From: Lingula anatina
Lineage: Eukaryota > Animalia > Brachiopoda
Direction: 5' to 3'
Assembly (NCBI GenBank): GCA_051362555.1
Contig: CM120640.1
Coordinates: forward strand, 47,284,788-47,348,787
DNA length: 64,000 bases
Position numbers and translations under genes: made by a program. Under the pieces are notes generated by a model, which had not been told where the DNA came from, did not search any database, and worked only from the letters and a program-made list of their open reading frames with translations. Below, piece by piece: positions 37,015 through 49,625 of the stretch; the stretch's first letter is position 1; each line of letters begins with the position of its first letter.

Positions 37015-40000
37015 ATGGCTGGGAACCAAGATATCAAAAATCTTCAACCTCATTTATCCAAACAGGACCTCAAAACATTAGTAAGTATTGGGTGTATTTG
37101 TTTCTATAGACATTTTTCTTTATAATAGTGTAAAACTTACCAAAATCACTGGTCTACTGGAGGTCCTGTCGATGGCCTTATTTTGCCGGCTGTGAGTTAC
37201 ACGTGTGTTTTACTCATTGGTTTGATTGGTTTCGACCTCGGGAAAACACCTTGCGATTTAACCATAGCTTTTATGTAAATAAGCATGAACTAGCCCTTGA
37301 ACCCCTGGGGAAATTTGCATATTTACGTCCTTCGGAATTCATTGGGATCCAAACCCTAACCTAGCTTTATAGCGACTGCAGTAATCCATCAATATGGACT
37401 GTTGATTATGTTTGTTTCTAGTTTTGGTTTGATAGAGGGCTTGCTCCTGCCCTGGTAGGCTGGTAGGTTGAATAATCAGCGTCTAACGAACACTACCAGG
37501 TACAAATGGTCATCACTTTCCACTCCCACTCCAATTTTGGACTTCTCAGCCGATTATTTAGCCCAATAATTCCAGCAGTTGAGCTTATCCCACGCTCATC
37601 TCAAACAGCTCTTCTTGCTCTTTGTTAGTATCTGGTCATAGTATTTATTTCTTAGCCAAGCAAATTTCCTTTTAAGGCAACAGTGACAGGTTGAAATATT
37701 ATAAGCCTAGTCATTGATTTGTTTCATTTTTGTTCAATTTTAGGATATTACAAAGTTAGACCCATTGACACCAGATGTCATCAGCAGGCAAGCAACAATC
37801 AATATAGGTGAGTGAAATCTGAGGTGGACAAAAATTCAAGAAGTTTTTCTTTAGCCTCTAGAAAATTCACAAAAAAGAAATGTTACTATTTACAGTGTAT
37901 GTTTCCATTATACAAGCTGAAAAATCCATTTGTACGGCTAAAAGAATGAGATAGCAGGTTGCCAGCACAATACTTTGTTAACAGATGGTCTGTACTTTAG
38001 TGGATTGGTAATTTTTATCTAAATTTCTTAATATATATAGTTGAACTGATTTGCAATCTTAGTATCATGTCCTTATTATATATGTAAATGTATTGATATA
38101 CTGAAGAACATAAATGTTGATCTGAAGTCACTGAATCCAATATTTCCTTATTATTTCAGGCACAATTGGCCATGTGGCCCATGGAAAGTCCACAGTTGTT
38201 AAAGCTATTTCAGGAGTACAGGTATTTGAAACCAGAAGAAAACCTTTTTTAAAAAATGGATACTACTGTTAATATTAATGATTGTCTGAAAGAGTGGTTT
38301 TATTAAAATCAAGCATCAGTTGCAAGGGTTTTATTTTTGCATCTTGTCTTTGTTTTATTAAAGCAAACTACTGGCTTTCACTTCTTATTTCTTTTGTTCA
38401 TTTCAGACTGTCAGATTTAAAAATGAAAAAGCTAGAAATATTACTATCAAATTAGGCTATGCAAATACAAAGGTAGGTTGATCTTTTATGTTGATCTTTA
38501 TGTTCTCTGCGTTTTCCAATGTAAAATCCATTTCGTGTCATTAAGGAACTTACCAGATTAATCTTTAGAAAGTAAAATATTTTGGGCTGCTGCCTTTCTT
38601 CGCTTAAGCCAAAGGACTTAAATATGACATGCTGTTGAGAAGAATTTTTTCAAAAACTTGGAAATCCTACCAAAAGTTGTTGATATGTGGCCAACAGTTT
38701 TGAGTCAATTTCAAAATATACTGGAGTGCACATGTGTTAAACTTGCTGGTATATTTTTCATGGTAAGTCTTTTGTGGTCTGGCTGACAGAAAAGACATAC
38801 ACCAAATGGGAATGAATATTACACTTGGTATCTTCTTGCTGATGTTTTCAGATCTACAAATGTGACTCAAACAGCTGTCCCAGACCAGCGTGCTACAGGT
38901 CCTGCAGCAGTAATAAAGAAGATGTCTTCCCCTGTGACAGGCCTGGCTGTGGGGGAAAGTTTAGACTAATAAGGTACCCATTATTCGGATTTTTTTTTCA
39001 TCCAGCTAGTTTCTTGTTATAAAAGGTTGATTATCGAATGATTTTCCTAGGACAAATCTCATTTAACACTTACTGAATGTAAGTTTATCACATGTAGCAA
39101 TCCACTTGCTAACATGTATACATCATTATCCCTTTCATGTTACTCTAAAAATCATATAATTGTGAAAATGGCCACTTATGAAGTAAGAGCACAATTTTGG
39201 TGTATGTTCCCTTTAAGTTTACATCATTTTTCAGACATGTATCTTTTGTTGACTGTCCTGGTCATGATATTCTTATGGCAACCATGTTGAATGGAGCAGC
39301 AGTCATGGATGCAGCATTATTGTTGATAGGTATGTTTTCATTTAGTAAAGTGGCCTATGCTGTTTATCAGTGCAGATTTATCAGTAAATATTGAGAGGAG
39401 TCTCCTTTATATGAGTTCTCTTGTGATAATTACTGATATAAGGGAATGTCTGGAGTCTTCACCTTGTTGTTGGATAATAATCTGAACAAATGTAATCTAT
39501 TTCATATTCCCATTTGAAAAAATGACAAATAATATTGCTTGTTCTGTTTTAATTTTCCCCAAAATAATTATGGCCTTGTGTATCTGTATAAAAGTGTTCC
39601 ATTTTTTTAAGCTGGAAATGAGTCATGCCCTCAGCCCCAGACATCAGAGCACTTGGCTGCTATAGAAATCATGAAGCTGAAACACATTCTGATTCTGCAA
39701 AACAAAATAGATTTGGTGAAGGAAAGTCAGGCTAGAGAGCAGTATGATCAGATACTCAAGTTTGTACAAGGTAGGCAGGTCAGGGAATATGGATATTCTC
39801 TGGTGTCATAAAGTTGGTGCAATTATGAAATGAAGAGGGTCTGGGCAGTAAACAGGTTTTGAGATGTCTGGTTATCTAATATTGCTAGTTGCACTATGAT
39901 GTACGTGATGAACATCAGTAGTTTGAACATACGCTGTAATGGATTTGCTAAGTAGTGGGAATATATTACTCTTTTCTTTTTAAACATTATTATTTATTTA

Positions 40001-42669
40001 TTTATTATAATTTATTAGTTTTCAGATAGTTTGTGTTTATTGTAAATAGGTTTTGGCATTTGGGTGCTGTTCATTGTTTAAACGTTTTTCTTCATTCTAA
40101 TACTCTCTGTTCAGGCACTGTTGCGGAAGGTGCTCCTGTTGTTCCCATTTCTGCTCAGCTCAAGTACAATATTGAAGTGGTATGTGAATATATTACCAAG
40201 AAGATCCCAATCCCTCCAAGGGATTTCACATCAGAACCAAGGCTCATAGGTATGTAACCATTTGGTTTCAAAAACTTTCTAAATCATTTTTAAAATGGTG
40301 TAAATTTTAAGACTAAGTCTTTTCTTCATTTAAATGTTGCATTGTAGTGTGCCCTTGTATGAATGTATGTGTGCATACTAAAGTACATAACTATTTTAGC
40401 TCTCTCATTTTTGTCTACATAGATCATTTACAACTCCATAGGTTTTAATTTCAAAATCTATGAAATATGAAAACAGTTATTGCAGTTTTATAAAATTTAA
40501 CAACTTAGATGCTATTGATTGACTTGATTTCAGTAATCAGATCTTTTGATGTAAACAAACCTGGGGCTGAGGTGGATGAGCTGAAGGGAGGTGTGGCAGG
40601 AGGCAGTATTCTAAGGGGAGTTCTCAAGGTTTGTTAAAAAAACACAAGACACACGAAGTAGTGCGGCATATAATATTTGAAAACAATATAGGATGTTCTT
40701 AGCTCGTGCCACTGTATAAGACTAAGGGTCTGGCAGAAAATGAATGATTTTGAGAGGAAGTGAAAAAGGTGATTTTGGAACAAATTTGTTTCTTGATTTA
40801 GGAGAGTTACTTTTGAAGTTGTTGGTAAGGAGTAATCAGCTCCAGTAGCGTAAAGTGTCTCCTTGGGGTTGGAGTTTTAGGCACTTAGATCCAGTTTCCC
40901 AGCAGTAATTTTTCTTGTATATTGTGGTGTAAAATTTGAATCTGGGGTCAATTTGGAATTTTATACCCATTTGGCCTGTAACATATGAAGCAGTTGGTTC
41001 TGAATTTTGTGCTTTGTTTTCAGGTTGGCCAGGAGATTGAGGTGCGACCTGGTATTGTTTCTAAGGACAAAGATGGGAAGCTGATGTGTAAGCCAATCTT
41101 CTCAAGAATTGTTTCCCTTTTTGCTGAACAGAATGATCTACAGTATGCTGTCCCTGGAGGACTGATAGGTAATTTCTATTTATACCACTAGTGTGAATTT
41201 AAATCTCTACAAGCCATCTTCCTGATGTATATTTAAATCTTTGCACACTGTTTTCATTACATCAGTTTTAATCCCCACAATCCGTGCTCTTAATGATTTA
41301 AAATGTACAAATTATGTTTCTTCGGCTCATTTATTTATTTATTTTATTTTGGTTAATCATTTTAATTAATTTTTTGTTTATTAAATATCATTTGATTTTA
41401 TGGTGGTCATTGACATATAAAATTTTCAGCATGGTAAATAACTGATAATTCTTCATGCTTGCAAATCTTTTTGAAATATTTGTCTACGAGTTTAAAACAG
41501 AAAATTAAAGTCTGAAGCTGTAGGTTTACATATGTCCCAAGAATATGAATGTAAAGGCTTTATTATTAAGAATGCACTTCCTTTTTCAAGGTGTTGGTAC
41601 AAAGATTGACCCTACACTCTGCCGTGCTGACCGTCTGGTGGGTCAGGTGCTGGGTGCCGTTGGAGCTCTGCCAGAAATTTACACAGAGCTTGAAATTTCT
41701 TTCTTCTTGTTGAGAAGATTGCTTGGAGTCAGGACAGAAGGGGATAAAAAAGCTGCCAAGGTACAATAACTTTTTTCATGGATTTTAATGGATGAACATA
41801 ATATAATGGAATATATAAGAAAAAAAACTTCTGAATATGTTTGATTTGAAATGTTTAAATTTGTCACAGTGATGTACCTTGAGAAGATTTTTTGAAGGGA
41901 TCTGAATGGAAATGCATTTTGACTTATAAGATAAAGCAAACTGAACCTAATTGATCTAATTGCCATAGTTATTTAATATTAAAATCAAAATAAATGTTTC
42001 TTAGTATTGTAGTGTGATAAATATTTTTAATGCACCTATTTACATCTCTGTTGTATCATAGTCCTTTTCAGTATTTGTTAGAATTGAAAATATGCCATTA
42101 TCTTATTTGAATTCCATTGTTTGTACCACAGGTCCAGAAATTGTCCAAGAATGAAGTATTGATGGTGAATATTGGTTCACTCTCCAGTGGAGGCAGAGTT
42201 TTGGCTGTGAAGGCCGATTTGGCCAAGATTGGTCTCTTTAATCCAGTGTGTACAGAGATAGGCGAGAAGATTGCTCTGAGTAGGAGAGTTGACAAACATT
42301 GGAGGTTTGTAGTACTCTTTATTGATTTTTACTTCTTGTGACAGTGATATGCATATTACACAAAATTTTCAGCATGTGTTAAAAGAAACTTTTGAATACC
42401 AAAGGTATTTGTCACAAGTCTACCTAAGTGGCATATCATATGTCCCACGTGTCAATATATTTTAAGAGACATATTTTTGTTTGAATACCTTTCCTTACTG
42501 CACATTTTTATCTGTCTAAAATCAATCGGCAACAAAAAATTTTTTTTCTGAAAAAGGAAAACCACAGGTTCTTGACTGAAGGTTTCTTCAACAAATTTTG
42601 TATTTTAGGTTGATTGGCTGGGGTCAGATTAGAAGAGGAGTGACTATCAAACCAGTGAATGAAGACTGA
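37015..42669 (+). CDS. EIF2S3: Eukaryotic translation initiation factor 2 subunit gamma, 13 coding exons, 470 aa
   Basis: Exons 37015-37080, 37744-37807, 38160-38221, 38407-38472, 38852-38973, 39235-39329, 39612-39770, 40115-40249, 40534-40628, 41024-41168, 41591-41760, 42132-42304 and 42609-42669 (1413 nt). Motifs [27 protein letters not shown] and [10 protein letters not shown]. Confidence 0.97.
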
Positions 42670-43700
42670 GGACACTTTGTAGATAAATGACTAATTTGTA
42701 GCCTTCAAGTTAAAGAAACAGTACAAGAAAGATGACTGAAGATAATGGGTATCGATATATCAGCACCAATTTAACAGGGCACTTGCCATGTTTTATGTTG
42801 ATCCTCATACAGCAAGCTGATTTTCATTAAGGACAGAAGCTCAGGTTTCCATTCAGTGGAAACAAATACCACCTGTTACCAGTATCCAAATTTATAACTG
42901 ACTGCAAAGTAGTTTTCTCTTTAAACCCCAGATTCAGATAATTGTTTGTCACTTTTGGGGAAAAAAACTGTCAAGTTTTACTTTATACGATGAATTGTTT
43001 TCTGACATGTTCATAGAGATCATCAAAAACTTGACTACTTCCTACTCCAGGACTTAGGCATTTGATTGCAACCTCCTTACTTGGATTAATATTGTGTCCT
43101 CTGACATGTATCAGATGCAGGTTTTATTTATTTGTGTGATGATAACATAAATTGACTTTTATTGTTATCAGGTTTATGACAGAATAATGATAACTAAGAA
43201 TGCCTGCTGATGGCATTGCTCCTTTCCACATTTGCAAATTACAAGGGACGAGTTTTGTAATAAAAAAGAATGAAGAAAATAAATGTAATTAGAAAAAAAA
43301 CTATTTAATCCTAACCCAAAATACCTCTTAATATTAAATATTTCAATAAAATATTTGTTATTTGAACTGCATCAAAAATCTGAATATATAAATTTTATAT
43401 AAACTTCTGAATATTAAAAGTATAATCCTACATCATTAAAAGTTTTCCATTAAAAGGATATGTACTTTGATTCTTATGAAAAATGTCATCAAAAAGTTTT
43501 TAAACAACAGACATAAGATGGATAAGGTATTAGTCATTGTCTATAATTTTAATAGCATAAGGCCTACATAAAAACCATAATTTTCTAATTTCAAAAGCAG
43601 TTCTCAAACATAACAGACGTGCTCCAAACAGGTACCTTAATACCAAATAACCTTTGTCAAACATTTTATCTATATCTAGCTCTTTCATAAAAATGCAGAT

Positions 43701-46700
43701 TTACTGTACGTGTGGAAAGTTTTCCAAATCTTCCATTATATCGGGACTGTCTTGAATATCTAGAGAGGTAGAATGCTTGTTCAGTGAGATGTGCAGCGGG
43801 TTTGAAGATCTAGGTACCACCGTGATATCTCGATCCAAAGCATATCTTATCAAAATGGACGCCGGACTTGTGCGGTACTTTCTAGCTGCCAGCATAACCA
43901 TATCGCTATTGAGAATTGGATTATTTGTTGTTGAACCATCCTTCACCCACCCGAACCCAAGTAAGCTATGAGCCATGAACCGAATACCATTAGCGTCGCA
44001 AAATTTCCTCAACTTCGTATTTCTCTTTATTAAATCAAATCTTGCTTGGAGAACTGAGACGGGAACTGTGGCCTCTGCCATTAGCTCCTTCAGCTGAGAA
44101 ATTTTAAAGTTACTGACACCAATAGAACGAATGCTTCCCGTTTTGTTCATTTCTTCCATCACCTTCCACGATTCCTGCCACGTGCCTCGATTTTCGTCTG
44201 CGTCACATTCGAACCCCTTAGTATCACAAGATGGCGCTTTGATAAGAACCAAATCAATATAGTCTGTCTTCAGTCTTTTCATTGATCTCTCAATGGACAT
44301 TCTCGTTGCTTCTTTGCCCAAATTCTTAGGATGGACTTTGACAATCACGAAAACATCTTCTCGTTTACAGTATTCGTTTTCTGAGAGGATGGAGCCTAAA
44401 GTAGTCTCACTCTCGTCCTCTGGGTCTGTGTCAAAGAGCCTGACAAGAGAAACCGTGAAAATACTTAGGCCTACTTAAGATTTTCCTTGTATGTATATAA
44501 GTGAAATCGAGTACATTGTTTCACTTTAGATTTTGTGAATTAAGTATTTAATCTTAAAGTTAAGAAAATAATCATTGCAAATTTCATATTCCGTTATTGT
44601 GTATAGGAATTTTGAGACTTTCTATACTGGTGAAAAATTATTTAATGTCTATACAGCTATTTACCTGTTCCCAATCTTCAGTGCGTGTCGAATACCTCTT
44701 TCAGCTTCATCTGGTGTCATTCCTCCAACACCAAGGCCTAACACGGGCACTAAAATGGGTTTACAGATATCTTATCTATTTTCATTATCAAACAAATTTG
44801 TCTAAAACAAATGTTTAAAGCTGCCCACTGATTTAAACCGCCCAGAGTGATCCCCACACCACCCCCATGATATTTACGTACTAGAATATCCACTCTTCAA
44901 TATTATATCTTCTTCTTCACCATGGCCTAACACGGGCACTAAAATGGGTTTACAGATATCTTATTTATTGTCATTATCAAACAAATTTGTTTAAAACAAA
45001 AGTTTTTAAGCTGACTACTGATTTTAACCGCCCAGAGTGATCCCCACACCACCCCCATGATATTTACGTACTAGAATATCCACTCTTCAATATTATTTCT
45101 TCATCTCTGTCGGTTCTGCTTTCCTGCTCAATGTCCATTGCTTCTGGCTTGAGGTATTTGTACTTGGAAAAAACCTCCCTGATGGGCATATCGTCTATGC
45201 GAATGTTACATTTTATCTCTGGAGAGAAAAAATATTGTTCAACGCCTTTTATTTAGAATACATTAACATTTAACTGCCCTTGACCAACAAAAAAGATAAA
45301 ACACAATATGTATTCTATAAAATAATTAAAAAGAAACTGTATCTCACCTTCAGGTTTCTCTTCTCGAAGCTTGATGCAGTTGTCAATATAAACAGAGTCG
45401 TTAGACGGTGGTGTGTTAAACATACAGAGAAGAAAGTCAATGAAGATGGCTATGGCGATATTAGGCGGTCCTCCGTGTGTTCTCACTTGGTGCCACCAAC
45501 CCTCGGGGACGTATATAATGTCACCGGGTTCTAGTATGGCCTTGTAGATGGCGATTTTGGACACGTCGGGGTATTTTTGCAAGTCAACCGCTTCTTGATT
45601 AACGGGTGACATGCCTGGAATATATGTATTTACTAGAGAATATCTTCAAACTTAAAATTAATGGTCTATAAATTAAACTACCTTCGAAAATTAAAAGAAC
45701 ACTAATGAACATTCCCATTAATACCTCAAAGTAACGGTATCTTTTTTCAAAAAAAGTTTTGTCACCTTGTAATGTCTTTTAAACATATAACAGTTTATCT
45801 GTTCTCAATCTTTCTTTGTTTTTGAAGTTTTTGAAAAGACTTTACAGATAATAACGCATCTTACCATCGTGGTGTTCAAATTCATCCGAGTACAGGTATT
45901 TTCCGTCGCTAGGAGTGGTCAATATCCACTGCCGCCCACCGGTCACTTGGGCAAAGATGGTCTCTGTGACGTCGAGATGAATGTCGGTGCTTGACCAGCC
46001 CGAGTTGAAGAAAATGGCAACCTGTTTCAGCTAAAATGATAAAGTAAAAGAAGAATAACACGCGATGCACCGAAGAAAGCTGAAGTTTCCACATTTTGCA
46101 TTCCATCTATTTAATTAAATCCTGCCTTCCGGTGTTCATTATCTACATTTTACTAAATTGACCTAAGATTCACTTACAATTTTCAAGTATTCATCACATG
46201 CTATGTAACCTGGAAAAGTGAGGTCTTCTGCCATTTCTTCACACACAGTGGAATCCATATATATCTTATGCTCTCTGTAATTACTGTAACAAATATATGA
46301 ATGAATAAATATATAAGTTAAAAAAAACAGACATTCTGACTTACCATATTCATAAAAGATAAATCAATAAACCCTTTTCTTGATACACTGCCAAAATGTG
46401 CTTAACAGGATTAAACCAACAAACTGCCAAGGAATTACAATGAAATGTAACAAAATAATAATGTATCCACAAATTTCACAAAGCATATATAAATCTAGGT
46501 GCTGGGTGAACCAAAATAAATTCAAAAATATGTTTTACCTGTGCCCAGTGACCTATGACCAGAGGTCACGTGCAGCAGGCTTCTTGAAATAAGTTTCATT
46601 ATAAATCTGTAAATCATCATTTTTTGGACAATGCATAGTTGATGTGTTAAAAGAACCAAACAAAAAACAGCTTCATACATTTAAGAAAGACAAATTTCTC

Positions 46701-47201
46701 AAATTGTTAAACCTCTAGCAGAAGAGTGATCAAATCCAGAGAGAGAGAAAGATAACAGACAGATGCTTACTCCAAAAAATCAGCCATAGACATCATCATA
46801 TGTGCCGGGTGATACGCATCGGTGATGTTTCTCCACATAGACAGAAAAGTACGGTGACCAAATCTCTCCCTCAAATAGTCTTCGTTCTTCCATTTTTCCA
46901 CTGCAGGCCAGTGTTTTAGTGCACCTTTGACCACCAAAGGCACAGACTTCCGCATGTAGTCCCTATAAAATACCTCGGGTTCGGGAAAGTGGTCCAGTGT
47001 TGGAATTTCCGTCAGCTCATCGACTTGTTCACCGAACTTTTCCATATGGCCCTTCAGGTTACTATTTGTGTCTTTATTTTCGCCACCAAAACTTGCAGAT
47101 AAATCTGGGAAATATTCCCCGACATTTGTTCCCCAGAAACCCCACGCTATGGCTAAAATAAGTGGCACAGCACCCGCGTAGAACTTTGCCTTGGTCTCCA
47201 T
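43701..47201 (-). CDS. Signal/anchor + JmjC (cupin_8) + aldo-keto reductase-like fusion protein, paralog 1 (646 aa; 665 aa with the extra 57-nt exon)
   Basis: Exons 47201-46771, 46283-46178, 46030-45865, 45614-45348, 45218-45072, (44938-44882), 44749-44665 and 44439-43701, with concordant phases. JmjC motifs PLVVKGALKHWPA, HLD and PGDIIYVPEGWWHQV. AKR motifs LKSGYSMPVLGLG, LKTDYIDL, SIGVSNF and VVPRS. Confidence 0.88.
44735..45101. repeat. Tandem duplication (about 190-bp unit, 2 copies) of an intron plus flanking exon ends in paralog 1
   Basis: GGCCTAACACGGGCACTAAAATGGG at 44735 and 44924; CTAGAATATCCACTCTTCAATATTAT at 44881 and 45071. Confidence 0.92.
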
Positions 47202-48047
47202 TTTGTGAAAGGCTGCCTTTATGCGATGTAAAGGATGTCTTCAGCAGTGTTATATGTAGAGCAATGTAAGTTCATGTAGTCGGTGCAGTCGAGGTCCCAA
47301 AAAGGTTCCGCATCAATACCGCTTTTATGTGTGAAGACAGAAAATTCTTTGCCCGCAGTGAAGTGCATTCTAAACACCATTCGGGCATATTCAAGGGGCC
47401 GTTTTGGGAACTAAATTTATTTGGATGTATAGGTGGGTGCAACAGCTTTAATGGGGCTATGTGGTTGGTTGTGGATGTCCATCTCTTTTTGATATTTATT
47501 TACATACTGCCAGTAACTGTGCAAGTAATTTGGAAGGGGATACATAAATATCAATTTTTTTCAAGGCAAGTGTCAACGGTCCACTAAAAATAGATATAGT
47601 TATACTATACTAAAAGGCATAATATAAGTTAATTTTTATCATTCTTTTAATTGAAGCATTGTATTATGATAACCCTTTTTTATGATTTTGTTAGTTTAGA
47701 GATCATTTAGTCGAGCGATCCTTGTATTTTACGGGTCAATGATTGTAGAGTGGTAGGCAGTAGTCGCACTAGACCAGGGAGAGGGGGAGCTACAAGTTTT
47801 GAGACAAGCCCACTCATATTTATCGTTCATTTTTATTAGTGAACTTCAGAAATATTTGTACATAAACGGCAATACTTTAAGTTATTATTTAATTAATTTT
47901 TTATTATTCGTGTTTATATATTTATTATTTTAGTTTACAAATTATATACTTATTTGACACAAGCCAGAAAATTATTCCTCAACGTACGTTAGCTTGTGGT
48001 CGTAATCCTTCGTGAGACTGACTTGAATACATGCTGTTACTAAAACA

Positions 48048-48238
48048 GGCTTTACACTGGACGGCGTCCTTTCTGCGTCCTTAGTACGATCATGATGCTG
48101 GAATCGCTGTGGTCGTTGAAAGGAGGCACAAGCATCGCTTTGGTTGCAAAATAAATGCTCAATGATCGGCCAGTTGGCGGCACACAACTGGGCCGTACTA
48201 CGGACGAAGAAAGGATACCGTCTAGTGTAAAAGGGGCT
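48048..48238. mobile_element. MITE with about 25-bp imperfect terminal inverted repeats (PIF/Harbinger-like by inference)
   Basis: TTTACACTGGACGGCGTCCTTTC (48051-48073) pairs with GAAAGGATACCGTCTAGTGTAAA (48209-48231). The interior is GC-richer than the AT-rich flanks. Confidence 0.65.
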
Positions 48239-49625
48239 TTGCTGACAGCTAGGTGGTAGCGCGCCAGGACCCTATTGTAAATGACAGCTTCTGTAAAATA
48301 ACTGTAAGACTGATATTCAAATAGCAAGCTAATGAACATTTTGCTCTTGTTTTGGTTTGGTTTTCAACATATGATATCAGACGATGTGAGAAATAAATGC
48401 TATAGAAAAAAAAACTCATGGGTTCGCTAAAACAATTAACAATTTTATTATTTTTGTAGTTTTATCGTATATATATTTAATGTATTCAAAATATACATTT
48501 TCTCATTGATACTTTGAAGAATGAGAAAAATAAATAAAAACCCTACACGACCCCTTGGTGTGTTATTCCGAAATGATGTTCCTTTTCACACAAAGCTATC
48601 ATAAAAGGACAAAAGAGTCCGCTCACCGTGACGGGCACATTGACAACAGGACATAATGCTTATAATGTCTAATTCCTTGCTACAACTAATCTATTGTTAG
48701 TGCTGTGATAAAGCCACTTGCACAACATTATTTCAACATGTAACAAAAACATACACCTAAGCTTCTTATATATATATGTCGCGTTGATGTATATTCAAAT
48801 TTTCTTAAGCTGTGATGAATCATCCGCTACCTTCATCCATTAATGTTATTTAAATTTATTATCATTACTCTTTAGTTATGAATAATACAGGTCAAGCTTT
48901 TCATCAAAAGCTAATTGTTTAGTCTCCATTCTATGCGGTGGGGGAAAAGCTATGACACTAACTCTTGAAAATCTGCCACGGGCGGTTCTGATCTGTGATT
49001 TTTTTTCATAAGACATTAAAGATGGGTATGCTGTATCATTAATTATCATTATTATTCTTCTTTCTTTTATTTAAAAGCGATTGTTTTCATTTTATTAATG
49101 CATTCCATTGCATGAGTTTCAAAGAAGTGAAAAGTTCATTTTAAATAGTCCTTCCAAAGACCTATATCCAATTTTAAAATAAGTGAACCAGAATTAGGAA
49201 GCAGCGTGCAATGTGTCTGGAAACAAACACAGTACGTTTCTTGTCCTTTTTCATGCTGTGCTTATATTGTTAACATGTCAACTCAAAATAAAGCGCACTG
49301 CAAGGCAAACTTTAGGCGAGTGAAACACTACAACGCTTTGTGATTGCGTTTCGATATTTTCCCAGTTATGAAGCTCATTGTCAAATTAACGTCACCTTCT
49401 CATGGCGGATATTTGGAATTTATTTTTCGAATTCTTATTGTCCCCATCACAATTTCCTATTGTTAATCGCCATAACAGAATTTCAAAATTTTAATTTCAT
49501 TTCGTTTTATTTACAATTAATGTAGTTTCAACCACAGCGTATTTAAGCAAATCTATAACTTTATTTAAACAGAAAAAGCTTTCCGCCACGAAAGAATGCC
49601 GGCATGTACTTTAAAGTTCCAAAAG

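Noticed and set aside
39905-39960. GTGATGA as a box C of a C/D snoRNA in EIF2S3 intron 7
   Set aside because: No suitably placed box D (CTGA) or terminal stem.
37081-40533. Su(var)3-9 nested in or fused with eIF2-gamma, as in holometabolous insects
   Set aside because: The introns are all under 700 bp and contain no chromo or SET domain coding sequence.
43701-47201. JmjC and AKR ORFs as separate neighbouring genes
   Set aside because: The JmjC exon ends at a donor without a stop, and a conserved linker exon carries the frame into the AKR start (LKSGYS-MPVLGLG) in all four copies.
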